Source of the DNA: Bdellovibrionota bacterium
Lineage (GTDB): Bacteria > Bdellovibrionota_C > UBA2361 > OMII01
Length of the DNA stretch: 64,000 nt
Assembly (NCBI GenBank): GCA_044360075.1
Contig: JBIKLA010000004.1
Span: 51,034 to 115,033 of the forward strand
Direction of reading: 5' to 3'
Positions 20,408-30,706 of this stretch are shown in pieces; positions within the stretch are counted from its first letter, which is position 1, and every line of letters starts with the position of its first letter. Under the pieces are notes generated by a model. That model was not told the origin of the DNA and searched no databases. It saw only the letters and a program-made list of their open reading frames with translations. The position numbers and the translations under genes were made by a program.

Positions 20408-21745
20408 CTATTTTTCGCTCTGCGTGCGGCGTCGAACCTCACCAAAGCTCTCGACGAGAGCCTCAACCTCATGGGGGGCGTGCCCAACCGAAACGAGCAC
20501 TCTCAAAACCGCACCATTCTTCCGTATGCTTCGAGCCGTGAGCGCATCTACAAAGATTCCCCTCTGCAAAAGAGCCTCCTGCACAATACGAGCCTTCTGA
20601 AGGCTATCGAACCATACGCTTACGAAGGGAACCTCTCCACCTCCGATGACGCTCCACCCCTGACTCTTGAGCGCCGTCTCAACTATCCTCGCACGAGAGG
20701 CAAGCCTATCGCGCTGCGTAATCGCAACCTCAATGAGATCGAGTAAAGCCTCTGCGGCTGACACGGCCGGTGCCGACGGAGGTGGCTCAACCCTAAGGTA
20801 GCGCGAGCGCCTAAGGAGCAACTCCTTGAATTCACTAGCTATAATAACTGCCGAGATTTCAAGCCCCGAGAGTGGCGCAAAGCTTACGAGGCGGGCTACG
20901 AGGCTGGAAGACTTCGGCATCACCTCTGCCGAGCCGGCGCCTCGCAGGCCAACAGCCCCGAGTGCTGCTGTTTCATCCGCTATGACCCACGCACCTGCCT
21001 GCTCGAGCATCGCCCAGGTGTGAGGCGCGAGCACCACCTCGGCCGTGAGCGAAGAGACGCTTTCAACTACGACGAGAACACGCTTGGCGAGCTGAAACCG
21101 CTCTAAAAGGGCTCGCAGCGTTTCTGCGCTTTCAAACTCATGAAACTCCGCCCCGACGAGCGCACACGCATCAGCAACGGGCAGCGGCGAGAGGGATCCA
21201 CCCAAAACAATCCAGCCCTCCGAACACAGCGCCGTTATGCAGGTGAGCGCCGCTTGGCTGCGGGAAGAGAACAGCAGCGCCGATTCCGCCGCAAAGAACT
21301 GGGCCATGCGTTGCTCGGCCTTTGCGTGTGCCGCTGTGAGTGCGCCCGAGAAACGACCCAACCCGCTCGCGACACCGAATTGCTCAAGCGCAGCAACAAC
21401 AGCCGCCGAAATCTCTCGCCGCGAGAGCACATCAAGCAGGTCCCAAGAGGCGAAGCTTGTAATGACACGCCCGCGGTAATGAGGATGAAACGCATCTGCG
21501 CCGGCTCGCAGACCGATATCAGGGGAGGGGATAGCGATCTCAAGAGCCAGCTCCCGCAGTAGTTCAGCTTTAATATCTGGCTTCACGGCGATTTTTCGTT
21601 TGTTTTTGGTAACGGGCGTTGCACGGCTTCTCCAGCGCCATGGTGGAGGGTTTTTTAGAGTGTTGCAACCTCGATCTGGCCTTGGCCGGTACGCGCACTG
21701 CGATCTTAAAGTTGCTGTGTGGTGTGCGGAGATTAGCGATTCCAT
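20408..21745 (-). CDS. class II aminotransferase-fold protein (AONS/KBL-like) lacking the PLP-binding Lys and the DDAH His: probable pseudoenzyme
   Basis: Aligns to 8-amino-7-oxononanoate synthase (SWDLLDVLS similar to SNDYLGL; ALLFSS; ADETAALG in place of DDAHG; SFAPLSG in place of SKALG). The true start is uncertain. Confidence 0.6.
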   Translation of the reverse strand: MESLISAHHTATLRSQCAYRPRPDRGCNTLKNPPPWRWRSRATPVTKNKRKIAVKPDIKAELLRELALEIAIPSPDIGLRAGADAFHPHYRGRVITSFASWDLLDVLSRREISAAVVAALEQFGVASGLGRFSGALTAAHAKAEQRMAQFFAAESALLFSSRSQAALTCITALCSEGWIVLGGSLSPLPVADACALVGAEFHEFESAETLRALLERFQLAKRVLVVVESVSSLTAEVVLAPHTWAMLEQAGAWVIADETAALGAVGLRGAGSAEVMPKSSSLVARLVSFAPLSGLEISAVIIASEFKELLLRRSRYLRVEPPPSAPAVSAAEALLDLIEVAITQRDRLASRARIVETALKSQGWSVIGGGEVPFVSVWFDSLQKARIVQEALLQRGIFVDALTARSIRKNGAVLRVLVSVGHAPHEVEALVESFGEVRRRTQSEK

Positions 21746-22020
21746 GCCCGCTCTATCCCAGTGCGCTGCGCATGCGCGAGCTCACGCGCACGATGCCCTG
21801 CTGTCGAATGGATTCACATTGAGACGTCTGCTGCCGCAATCACGCGAAAGGATTTGCGAACCCGATACGACGGGTAGCCGACGTCGCGGTCCCAATCGAC
21901 AACTATTCCTATCGGTGGCATCGAACGACCCGACAAGCCATTTCAAATCGACGTTTTGCTAGCCATCGTGCCCCGCACCCCTGTGTTGCAACCCCGCATC
22001 TAACCGGGGAGGTAATACCT

Positions 22021-22428
22021 ATGAAAAACACCGTCCTCCACATCGCTGCGCTCGCAGGGGCCATCCTTAGCTTCGCTTCGCCCGCGCTAGGGCAAGCTCA
22101 CTTCTATCCCGGTGGAGGTGGTGCCGGCGGCTATCCTGGCGCCGAGCCAATCGTCGTGCTGCCGTATGCTAACGGTGGCGGAAGCAACAGCGCCATCCAG
22201 GCTCCCGGCGCCCCAGTGGTTGGGGGCGGCCAAGGCCAGGCGGGACAGGTTCCAGCGGGCCCTAACGTCATCGAGCAGCAGGAGGACCTCGCCGAGCAGC
22301 AAGCGCCCAGCATGATCTTGAGCGATCCTGATGATAGCGCCCTCGCGCAGCCGCCGATGGACGATCCTCAGGATGCCTCGGGCTTTGAGGGGCTGCAGGC
22401 GATCGACAACGTCGACTCCTCATACTAG
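22021..22428 (+). CDS. secreted Gly/Pro/Gln-rich small protein
   Basis: Good RBS (GGAGG) and a signal peptide MKNTVLHIAALAGAILSFASPALGQA. Confidence 0.5.
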   Translation: MKNTVLHIAALAGAILSFASPALGQAHFYPGGGGAGGYPGAEPIVVLPYANGGGSNSAIQAPGAPVVGGGQGQAGQVPAGPNVIEQQEDLAEQQAPSMILSDPDDSALAQPPMDDPQDASGFEGLQAIDNVDSSY

Positions 22429-22590
22429 TCACCGCTCTCCGCCAATCAGCCCACAGTTTTGGCTCTACTTTAGCTCTGGAAACTTCCCCTCCTTTCGGTT
22501 ACACAACCTATCGGAAGACCGTAGCCTTTTAGAGGGATTGCTGATTCTGCAGAACCTCATGGCACGCGGTGAAAAAGAAAAGGAAGACCC

Positions 22591-23229
22591 ATGAAGAAAC
22601 TCTCAGCTATCGCCCTCTCCCTGCTCTGCGCAGGATGCTCGGCAACCCCGTACACTGGTGAGACCATCACCGAGACAACAACCCCGAAGGGGCTTAACGT
22701 CATCCAGACCTCAGCTCGCACGAAGCTCCCGAACGGAGTCCTTGCAGGCGAGGAAAGCGAGCTTCAGGAGATCACTGCAACCGTTGAGTCGATCAGCGCA
22801 AAGACCGGCATGGTCAAGCTTCAGACCCCGGACGGCCGTATCGTTGATCTCAAGGCCGACCCGAAGGCTCCAAACTTCAAGAACGTGAAGAAGGGCGATA
22901 AGCTCGTTCTTGACGTCTATGAGGCCGTCGACTTCGAGGTTCGCAAGCCAACCCAAGAGGAGCTCGCTATGCAGGGCGTTGATGTTGACGTTGCCGCAAT
23001 TGCAGACAAGGGACAGAAGCCGGCTGCTGTTCTCGCATCGACTCGCGTAGACATTCTCACGATCGACAAGATCGACACCAAGAAGGAGACCCTCACGCTC
23101 TCCAACGCGGGAAGCGTCGTAACCGTCAAGGCGAAGTACCCTGAGAACCTCAAGGTTCTCAAGGTTGGCGACACGGTTGTCGTAAAGACCTCAGAGCTGG
23201 TCGCTGCCCGCATCAAGCAGGTAGGGTAG
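22591..23229 (+). CDS. lipoprotein with two tandem beta-rich repeats
   Basis: Lipobox LLCAGCS. Internal duplication (KLVLDVYEAVDFEV and KVGDTVVVKTSELV segments). Confidence 0.65.
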   Translation: MKKLSAIALSLLCAGCSATPYTGETITETTTPKGLNVIQTSARTKLPNGVLAGEESELQEITATVESISAKTGMVKLQTPDGRIVDLKADPKAPNFKNVKKGDKLVLDVYEAVDFEVRKPTQEELAMQGVDVDVAAIADKGQKPAAVLASTRVDILTIDKIDTKKETLTLSNAGSVVTVKAKYPENLKVLKVGDTVVVKTSELVAARIKQVG

Positions 23230-23271
23230 TTCCCAAGCCGCTGCGCTGCTTAGCGTAGCGCTTTGGATGGG

Positions 23272-23307
23272 CCCCGTGGAGACGTGTCGTCTCTGCGGGG
23301 CTTTTTA
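23272..23307 (+). terminator. Rho-independent terminator
   Basis: 13-bp stem (with two G-U pairs), 3-nt loop, then CTTTTTATTT. Confidence 0.6.
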
Positions 23308-23325
23308 TTTGCCTTCGGGCACGCG

Positions 23326-24436
23326 CTACTCACTCATGAGCAAGCAGGACTCAATAATCGGATCGAGCTTCCCGTCGAGCACAGCGTGAACGTCTGAGGT
23401 CTCATAGTTGCTTCGCAGGTCCTTCACCATCTGGTAAGGCTGCATCACGTAGTTTCGTATCTGGCTTCCAAAATCGATTTTCTTGCGCTGCCCCTTAAGC
23501 GCATCCATCTTGTCGCGCTGCTGCTCTTGCTGAAGCTCATACAGCTTTGACTTGAGAATCTTCATCGCCCGTGACTTGTTTTTGTGTTGCGACCGCTCGC
23601 TCTGGCACGCAACGACGATGCCACTCGGGATGTGCGTGAGGCGGACAGCCGAGTCGGTCTTGTTGACGTGCTGGCCACCAGCTCCCGACGATCGGTACGT
23701 GTCTACACGGAGGTCGGCCTCATTCACCTCAACTTCGATCTCCTCCTCGATGTCAGGCGTGACGCTGACCGAGGCAAACGAGGTGTGGCGCCGAGCATTT
23801 GAGTCAAAGGGCGAAATGCGCACGAGGCGATGGACCCCGGACTCATTGCGCAGGTGCCCGTACGCGTAGGGCCCCTCGACAAGAACAGTGGCGTTCTTGA
23901 TGCCGGCGCCCTCGCCCGGTTGATAATCCAGGATCTCTGTCGAAAAGCGCTTGTTTTCTGCCCACCGGAGGTACATCCGAAGAAGCATATCGGCCCAATC
24001 CTGGGCCTCCGTTCCACCAGAGCCGGCGTTGATCTCGATAATGGCGTGCTGGCTGTCGAACTCGCAGTTCATCTTGCACTTAAACTCGAGGGCGCCAACG
24101 GCCGCAAGAAGGTCGATAATGGCGCGTTGCGCCTCCTCGACCATCTCCTCGTCGTTTGATTCCTTGATCAGCTCCAAGGCGGCTTCTGCGTCGGCGCGGA
24201 GGCTCTCAAGCTTTTTAAACTGGTCGAGGCGCTCAACGCTCTGCGCGCGCTCGCGCATGATGGCCTTGGCTTTACTTGCGTTGTTCCAGATGTCCCCTGC
24301 TTGAGACTGCTGCTCGAGCTCTTCTACTTTCCTGGTAAGGGTAGGGATGTCAAAGAAACCCCCTCAGGGTCTCAACGCGCTCGCTAAGTCCCTGGAGCTT
24401 GTACTTAAATTCAGATGGCTCAAACACGGTGGGCAT
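23326..24436 (-). CDS. prfB: peptide chain release factor 2 (programmed +1 frameshift gene; frames do not join perfectly in this sequence)
   Basis: Main ORF 23326-24258 is RF2 (GGQ motif; SPF in place of the canonical SPF/SPY tripeptide-anticodon region). The upstream ATG at 24436 encodes MPTVFEPSEFKYKLQGLSERVETLRG..., similar to the E. coli leader ...LTERSDVLRGYL. Confidence 0.85.
24346..24363 (-). promoter_or_regulatory. RF2 autoregulatory frameshift site (SD-like GAGGGGGG + CTT TGA C)
   Basis: The minus strand reads ...CTGAGGGGGGTTTCTTTGACATCC.... The UGA at 24349-24351 is in the RF2 main frame. Confidence 0.7.
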
Positions 24437-24509
24437 ACGCCGGGTATACGTTGCCCCGCCAGCGCCGTCAATGCGCACACAAAAAGGAGGGCCCGTGCGA
24501 TACGGTGTG

Positions 24510-25133
24510 CTAGCGGTAGCTGGCGGCCATGAGGGCCGGATGAGCCTGCGAGTCGTGCACGAAGAATGCCTTCTCCGTCAGGCCTGCGCAGGTTGCGATA
24601 ATCTGTCCTCCTTCTCCACGCACGGTGTGCGAGCGCAGCCGGTCACGGAACGCATCGCGCCCCTCGGTTGCCAGAAGGATAGCCGCGTGCGCACAGGCGA
24701 TATCTGCGAGATTCGCCATCTTGAGGCCGCGCTCCTTAAGGAATAAAGCCTGCTCGCCCCGAGTCATGCCACTCGAGCCCTCGACGAGGCAATCCACCGA
24801 GACGGCCGTGTCACACGCCACCGGCTTGTAAAACATCGGATCCCGCTCCCATCGCTCAACTTGATCCTGCTGGGCCACGCGGCGAAACGGATCAACGGCG
24901 CACGAGGCGACATGAGCCTGCTTGAGAAAATCGAGGCGAGACGTTCCCGCGGGAATGACAAACGATGCCTCTTTCTGGCCAAGAACTTGAACTTGATATC
25001 TCGCCAGAAGATCCGACTGCTGGGCGCGAGCTTCCTGCGTCGAAGACTTTACAACTGGAGAAGCGCCAACAGTTAAGTTTCGCTCGCGCTCACATGAAGA
25101 ATTTACTTGGCTCGACTGTGTCTCGGTTACCAT
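24510..25133 (-). CDS. uncharacterised protein, paralog family P (copy 4)
   Basis: ASFVIPAG...DIACAHAAILLATEGRDAFR...VRGEGGQI matches the family core. Confidence 0.55.
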   Translation of the reverse strand: MVTETQSSQVNSSCERERNLTVGASPVVKSSTQEARAQQSDLLARYQVQVLGQKEASFVIPAGTSRLDFLKQAHVASCAVDPFRRVAQQDQVERWERDPMFYKPVACDTAVSVDCLVEGSSGMTRGEQALFLKERGLKMANLADIACAHAAILLATEGRDAFRDRLRSHTVRGEGGQIIATCAGLTEKAFFVHDSQAHPALMAASYR

Positions 25134-25251
25134 GGAGTTCCCTCGCCCTGCGGCCCCCTTTGGCCTTAGTTGACTGTTTTGGTAAACTTAAAGCACAACG
25201 AGCCGCCACTCAAGCCCCCAGGCGCAGGATCGCTGTCGAAATCGGTTGTTA

Positions 25252-25792
25252 TTAGGCTGTCCGTCGACCCTTGGATACGAGAATTTTAGCCCGTATCTGC
25301 CGCTCGCGGCGGCGCATGCGCTGGGCCTCCCGCGGGGGAACCTTCTCGTGGTCGTAGCCGCACAGGTGAAGCACCCCGTGAACGATGAGCCGCACCAGCT
25401 CCTCACGCGGCGTCACGGCGAAGCGCCTGGCTTGCTTGAGCGTCGTTTCGGAAGAGATAACGAGGTCTCCGAGGTAGGGGTTAAAGGTGTCTTTGGGCCT
25501 CTTCTTGCCTTGCACCTCTGCTGGCGTAAATTGCGGAAACGATAGCACGTCAGTGGGCTTATCTTTCTTGCGGTACTCCTTGTTAATCTCCCGAATCCGC
25601 TCGTCGTCGGTGATAAGGAGGTTGACCTCCGTGATGTGCTTGAGCGCAAGATCCGACTCGATACACGCCAAGACTTCCTGCACGAGCTTTCGGGCTTGTG
25701 CTGCTGAGAGCTTGAGCTTCTTGCTCTCAAGCGAGACGTGCACCGTCCAACGGCGTGGGTGGAGTAGGGTAGGGCAGGGGGGCGCGACTCTC

Positions 25793-25806
<14 letters not shown>
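25252..25806 (-). CDS. ybeY: rRNA maturation RNase YbeY
   Basis: HGVLHLCGYDH zinc-binding motif. The ORF extends to 25854 but the start is likely MSPRR, overlapping the phoH end. Confidence 0.85.
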
Positions 25807-26785
<979 letters not shown>

Positions 26786-27119
26786 TACGACTTCCTAAAC
26801 TCCGCAATACACCCGAACACTACCTGTGAAGCTGAAGCTTCAGCGACTACCTTTAAGACTCTCACGAAGTGGCCACAACTATCTACAAGAGAAAATAGGC
26901 GCCGTAAGGGGGGCGGATTGCCCACCTTTTTGGCTGCCACGGGCCCCTGCCGCCGGCAATCCCAAGCGCAGCCCGCCCACAAAACTCCAGCGTTAGCTCT
27001 TGCGCCCCCCGTGATTTCCGGGACATATGGACCTGTGGGTGCCGGTTCAGGCACTAGCACAAGCGTTCTTTCGCTGAAGGTGCCGGACCCTGTGCTGTCC
27101 GGCAGAAGCTCAACCCGGG

Positions 27120-29420
27120 GTGTCCGTGCGCCGCAAGCTTGTAAAGTTTATGCTCTGGGCCGCTATGGCCACATCTCTCCTTGCTGCTGCGGCATCGGCC
27201 GCCTGTTGGCGCTACGGGGACAGCATAGTTTCATACTTCAAGCCCACCATTGAGCGCTTGGCGTCAGAAGCAACCGGCCTTAGCGTTTCATTCTCTTCCG
27301 GCTCGGTGAAGCTCTTTCCATACATCCGGGTAGTCCTTCGTGAGGGCTCGCTCATCTCCCCCCAGGGGTGCTCCCCCTGGAGTGTTCAAGAGGCCTCATT
27401 TCGCATCCGTATCCTGCCGCTTCTGCAGCGTCAGCTTGATGTGGCCTCAGTCAAGATAGCCGGCGTTCGCGGGACTTTCGCCATGAGCCGCGGTGCGCTG
27501 TCGCTGGCGAGCTCAAGCGGCAGCCCATGTGAAGCAAGAGGCTCCTCGCAAGGCGCTAGCCCCGCCCCAGAAAAGCCCCCTGCCGGGGCCACAACTTCAG
27601 GCATGCCGCTAGGCCTCAACATCGAAAAGCTCCTCCTCACCTCCTCGGATCTGACGATCTTCGGCTTTGCGGAGTCCCATTCGCTTCGGCTCGATGAAGT
27701 AAGCGCTTCCGTCAGGGCCGATGCAGATGGGCTCACCCTCCCCGAGCTCGACATCGCCGGAGCCTTCGATTCAGTTCCCATCATTTTTGACCTGCACAAC
27801 GCAACCGCCAGCTCCAAAAGCACTGTCTTCGCCGCCTCAGGCGAGATCAGCCTGGGAGACCAGCGCATTGAGGCCTCCGGGCGCTACGACCGGGACGGCC
27901 AGAGCGGTCAGCTCAACATATCGCTGAAGGACGTGTCGCTCGGCGAGGACGAGCGGCTCTTCGGAGATTCCCTGCCGCCAATCAGGGGGACAGCGAGCGG
28001 CGCTCTCGCTGCGACCATAAAGGCCGAGGATATCTCCATCTCCGGAGACATCTCGCTCCGCGGCTCGGATGTTCGTGTTGGGGATTCTTTCAGCGCGCGC
28101 GAGGTGCGCGCCCGAGAGCTCGCTGTGACACTCAAGGATAGGCGCCTCGCGTCCGCGCGCGCAAACATCATTGTCGAAAAGTTCCACTGCGTCGACGGAA
28201 GCGACGCCTACTCGGCAGATCGTGTTGACGGAACGCTCTCGCTCTCGCAGGACGGCGATACCATGTTCAGCGGCGCCCTGAGCATCGCCGGTTTCGGGTT
28301 CAAAGATGAGGACACCACCATCACCAAGGCAACGGCGCTCCTCGAGGGCCTTTCTGGCAGCGTCTCGGCGCAGACTGGCACCTCGGTGAAGGTTTCGCTC
28401 AATGCCTCCAGCATCTACCTCGTGAACCCAAACATCATCGTCAACTCGGTCAGCTCGGTGAAAGCACCGCTCACCATCTCGGTTCCAGCCGCAGGCGGCT
28501 ACTCAGTGTCCGGCCCCGTCACCATTGCTGGCGGAGTGCTCACACTGCAAGGGCGCAAGCTAGACAAGACCGGGGGAACGATCCAGATGCTCGTCTCTTC
28601 GCCGCTGAAGGACTTCCGCTCCTCAAACCTCTCCACCGTATCCTCCGGCCAGCAGATCTCGGGGAAAACTCACTTTGCCATGACGAGAGCCAACTACACG
28701 ATTCGCGACACGTCATTCGCGCTCGGTGAAGGCACATTCGGAGCCGATCTCTCTCTTGGGCGCCAGGGCGTGCTGCCATTCACGGCCTCGGTGCAGGCGT
28801 CTACCCTGCCGATCGCAGGCACCTACAGGGCACTCATGCAGGAGGATGGGGCTCCTATCGACGGAAGCATCCAAAGCTTCTCGGCGAAGATTTCTGGCGA
28901 GCGCAAAGATCTTGAGCGCTCGCTTGTTGGCGAGGGCTCTCTTCTCCTTTCCAACGCGGTGATTCAGACGGTTGACATCCAGCAGCTCATTCGCAAGGCG
29001 ATCGCCGCCATTCCCCTTGTCGGCACAAGCCTTGTTCCCAAAGAGCAGCCACTTGAAATCCACGACGGGAGCATCGCCGCCTCGTTTGCCGTGAAAGACG
29101 CACAAGTTACGGTCCCAGACCTCCACGTCGAGTACAGCAACCTTCAGGTCCAGGCCAGCCTCACAAGCGGCTTTGACTCATCGCTCAAGGGAACGGCAAA
29201 GGTCATCTTCCTCCAAGAGACATTCCGCCTCCTAGGCTTCGGCTTTGACAAGCTCGGCAACTTCCTGGCCCGCGAGGGCAGGGTAGCGATCCCTCTTACT
29301 ATCGGCAGGACGATATCCGACCCCTCTGTCGAGCCGGATATGCAGGAGATCGGGAAGTTCGTCTCGGGCGTCGACCTTGTAGAGAGCATCGCCTCTGGCG
29401 TGGAGAGCCTCGGCGAGTAG
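27120..29420 (+). CDS. AsmA-like family envelope protein (putative)
   Basis: N-terminal TM anchor and a long beta-rich Ser/Gly-rich body with AsmA/DUF3971-like repetitive architecture. The assignment is tentative. Confidence 0.5.
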   Translation: MSVRRKLVKFMLWAAMATSLLAAAASAACWRYGDSIVSYFKPTIERLASEATGLSVSFSSGSVKLFPYIRVVLREGSLISPQGCSPWSVQEASFRIRILPLLQRQLDVASVKIAGVRGTFAMSRGALSLASSSGSPCEARGSSQGASPAPEKPPAGATTSGMPLGLNIEKLLLTSSDLTIFGFAESHSLRLDEVSASVRADADGLTLPELDIAGAFDSVPIIFDLHNATASSKSTVFAASGEISLGDQRIEASGRYDRDGQSGQLNISLKDVSLGEDERLFGDSLPPIRGTASGALAATIKAEDISISGDISLRGSDVRVGDSFSAREVRARELAVTLKDRRLASARANIIVEKFHCVDGSDAYSADRVDGTLSLSQDGDTMFSGALSIAGFGFKDEDTTITKATALLEGLSGSVSAQTGTSVKVSLNASSIYLVNPNIIVNSVSSVKAPLTISVPAAGGYSVSGPVTIAGGVLTLQGRKLDKTGGTIQMLVSSPLKDFRSSNLSTVSSGQQISGKTHFAMTRANYTIRDTSFALGEGTFGADLSLGRQGVLPFTASVQASTLPIAGTYRALMQEDGAPIDGSIQSFSAKISGERKDLERSLVGEGSLLLSNAVIQTVDIQQLIRKAIAAIPLVGTSLVPKEQPLEIHDGSIAASFAVKDAQVTVPDLHVEYSNLQVQASLTSGFDSSLKGTAKVIFLQETFRLLGFGFDKLGNFLAREGRVAIPLTIGRTISDPSVEPDMQEIGKFVSGVDLVESIASGVESLGE

Positions 29421-29440
29421 CTCCCTGCCCCAAGCAATTA

Positions 29441-30706
29441 TCAGCGGGGCCAGAGGGGGTATGTGTCAGGGATCGGAAGCTCAAGCACGTGCCGCCGCAC
29501 GAGGTCCAGGGATACATAGGCGGCGTAGGTGCGAACCGTTTGGCGCTCATTCGTGTAGACGCATCGTCTCTCGAAGGCGCCCCGCTCGCTTGATACGCCA
29601 ACGAAGAAAGTTCCCACCGGCTTCGCCTCGCTGCCACCATCCGGGCCGGCAACTCCGCTAATTGCGACCCCGATGCTGCTCTTGAGCTTGTCCCGAACCC
29701 CACGTGCCATAGCCCGCACCGTCTCCGCACTCACGGCCCCGTGCTGCGAAAGAACCTCGCGCGGCACCCCCAGCTCGCTCTCCTTGATGTCATTGTGGTA
29801 GGCAACTACGCCTCCCCGAAAAACTCTAGAGGAGCCCGGCGTTCTGGTTAACAACTCTGCCGCCATGCCACCCGTGCACGATTCTGCCGTGGCAATGGTG
29901 AGACTGCGCGACTCAAGCGCCTGCTGCATCGCCTCTACGAAGCTCTGGTGCGGCTCCTCTGAATAGATGTTCTCAGCTTTGAGCGCAGCACGAACAACTG
30001 CAGCATGGGAGTCGAGGTCATCCCTCGTCGTCTTCAGGACGATGTGCACCTCTGGAAACCCGGCACGGTACGAAACAACAACGTCCTCCGGCAGCGGCAC
30101 GCCCTCAATGATCTTGGCAAGCGCCGACTCCGGCACCCCCAGAAGCCTAAAGGTTGCCCGATGTACCGAAGGTGAAGCCCCGCGCTGCTGCGTGATAAGA
30201 GGGAGCACCGAGCCATGGAACATCTGCTGAAACTCCCTCGGAACGCCGGAGAGCGAGCACACAATGGGGCCACCCGATGTCTGAACGGTAAACCCAGGCG
30301 CGCTTCCGCGCTCATTAGTGATCATGACAGAGCCAACAGGCATGACAGCCTGGCGCAGGTTAGTCTCATCGAGCGCCCTACCGCGCTTGGCGAAAAACTC
30401 CTCAACGTGTTTCCGTGCAGCCGGACATTCGGCAAGTCCCACGCCAGCAAACGCCGCTACGGCATCGCGGGTGAGGTCATCGCTCGTCGGCCCAAGCCCG
30501 CCGGATGTTATGACGAGGTCGCTCACCTCCGTGAGCGACTGAAGGCCTTTCACGAGCTCGTCGAGATCGTCATCAACAGTCAGGACGCGCTTGAGCGTGA
30601 GCCCGAGCTCAGAGAGCTCCTTGGCGACAAAGTTTGAGTTGGTGTCGACCACGCGCCCATCGAGAAGCTCAGAGCCTGTCGCGAGAACCGATACGGAGAA
30701 CCTCAT
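29441..30706 (-). CDS. cinA: CinA family protein (MoCF-binding domain + PncC-like NMN deamidase domain)
   Basis: N-terminal MRFSVSVLATGSELLDGRVVDTNS and a C-terminal CinA domain. Confidence 0.85.
   Translation of the reverse strand: MRFSVSVLATGSELLDGRVVDTNSNFVAKELSELGLTLKRVLTVDDDLDELVKGLQSLTEVSDLVITSGGLGPTSDDLTRDAVAAFAGVGLAECPAARKHVEEFFAKRGRALDETNLRQAVMPVGSVMITNERGSAPGFTVQTSGGPIVCSLSGVPREFQQMFHGSVLPLITQQRGASPSVHRATFRLLGVPESALAKIIEGVPLPEDVVVSYRAGFPEVHIVLKTTRDDLDSHAAVVRAALKAENIYSEEPHQSFVEAMQQALESRSLTIATAESCTGGMAAELLTRTPGSSRVFRGGVVAYHNDIKESELGVPREVLSQHGAVSAETVRAMARGVRDKLKSSIGVAISGVAGPDGGSEAKPVGTFFVGVSSERGAFERRCVYTNERQTVRTYAAYVSLDLVRRHVLELPIPDTYPLWPR

Noticed and set aside
24347-24354. Treating prfB as an ordinary intact programmed-frameshift gene
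   Set aside because: Frame arithmetic shows the leader ATG, the CTT-TGA site and the post-shift RF2-like peptide are in three frames that join only after two 1-nt homopolymer changes. It is reported as a finding instead.
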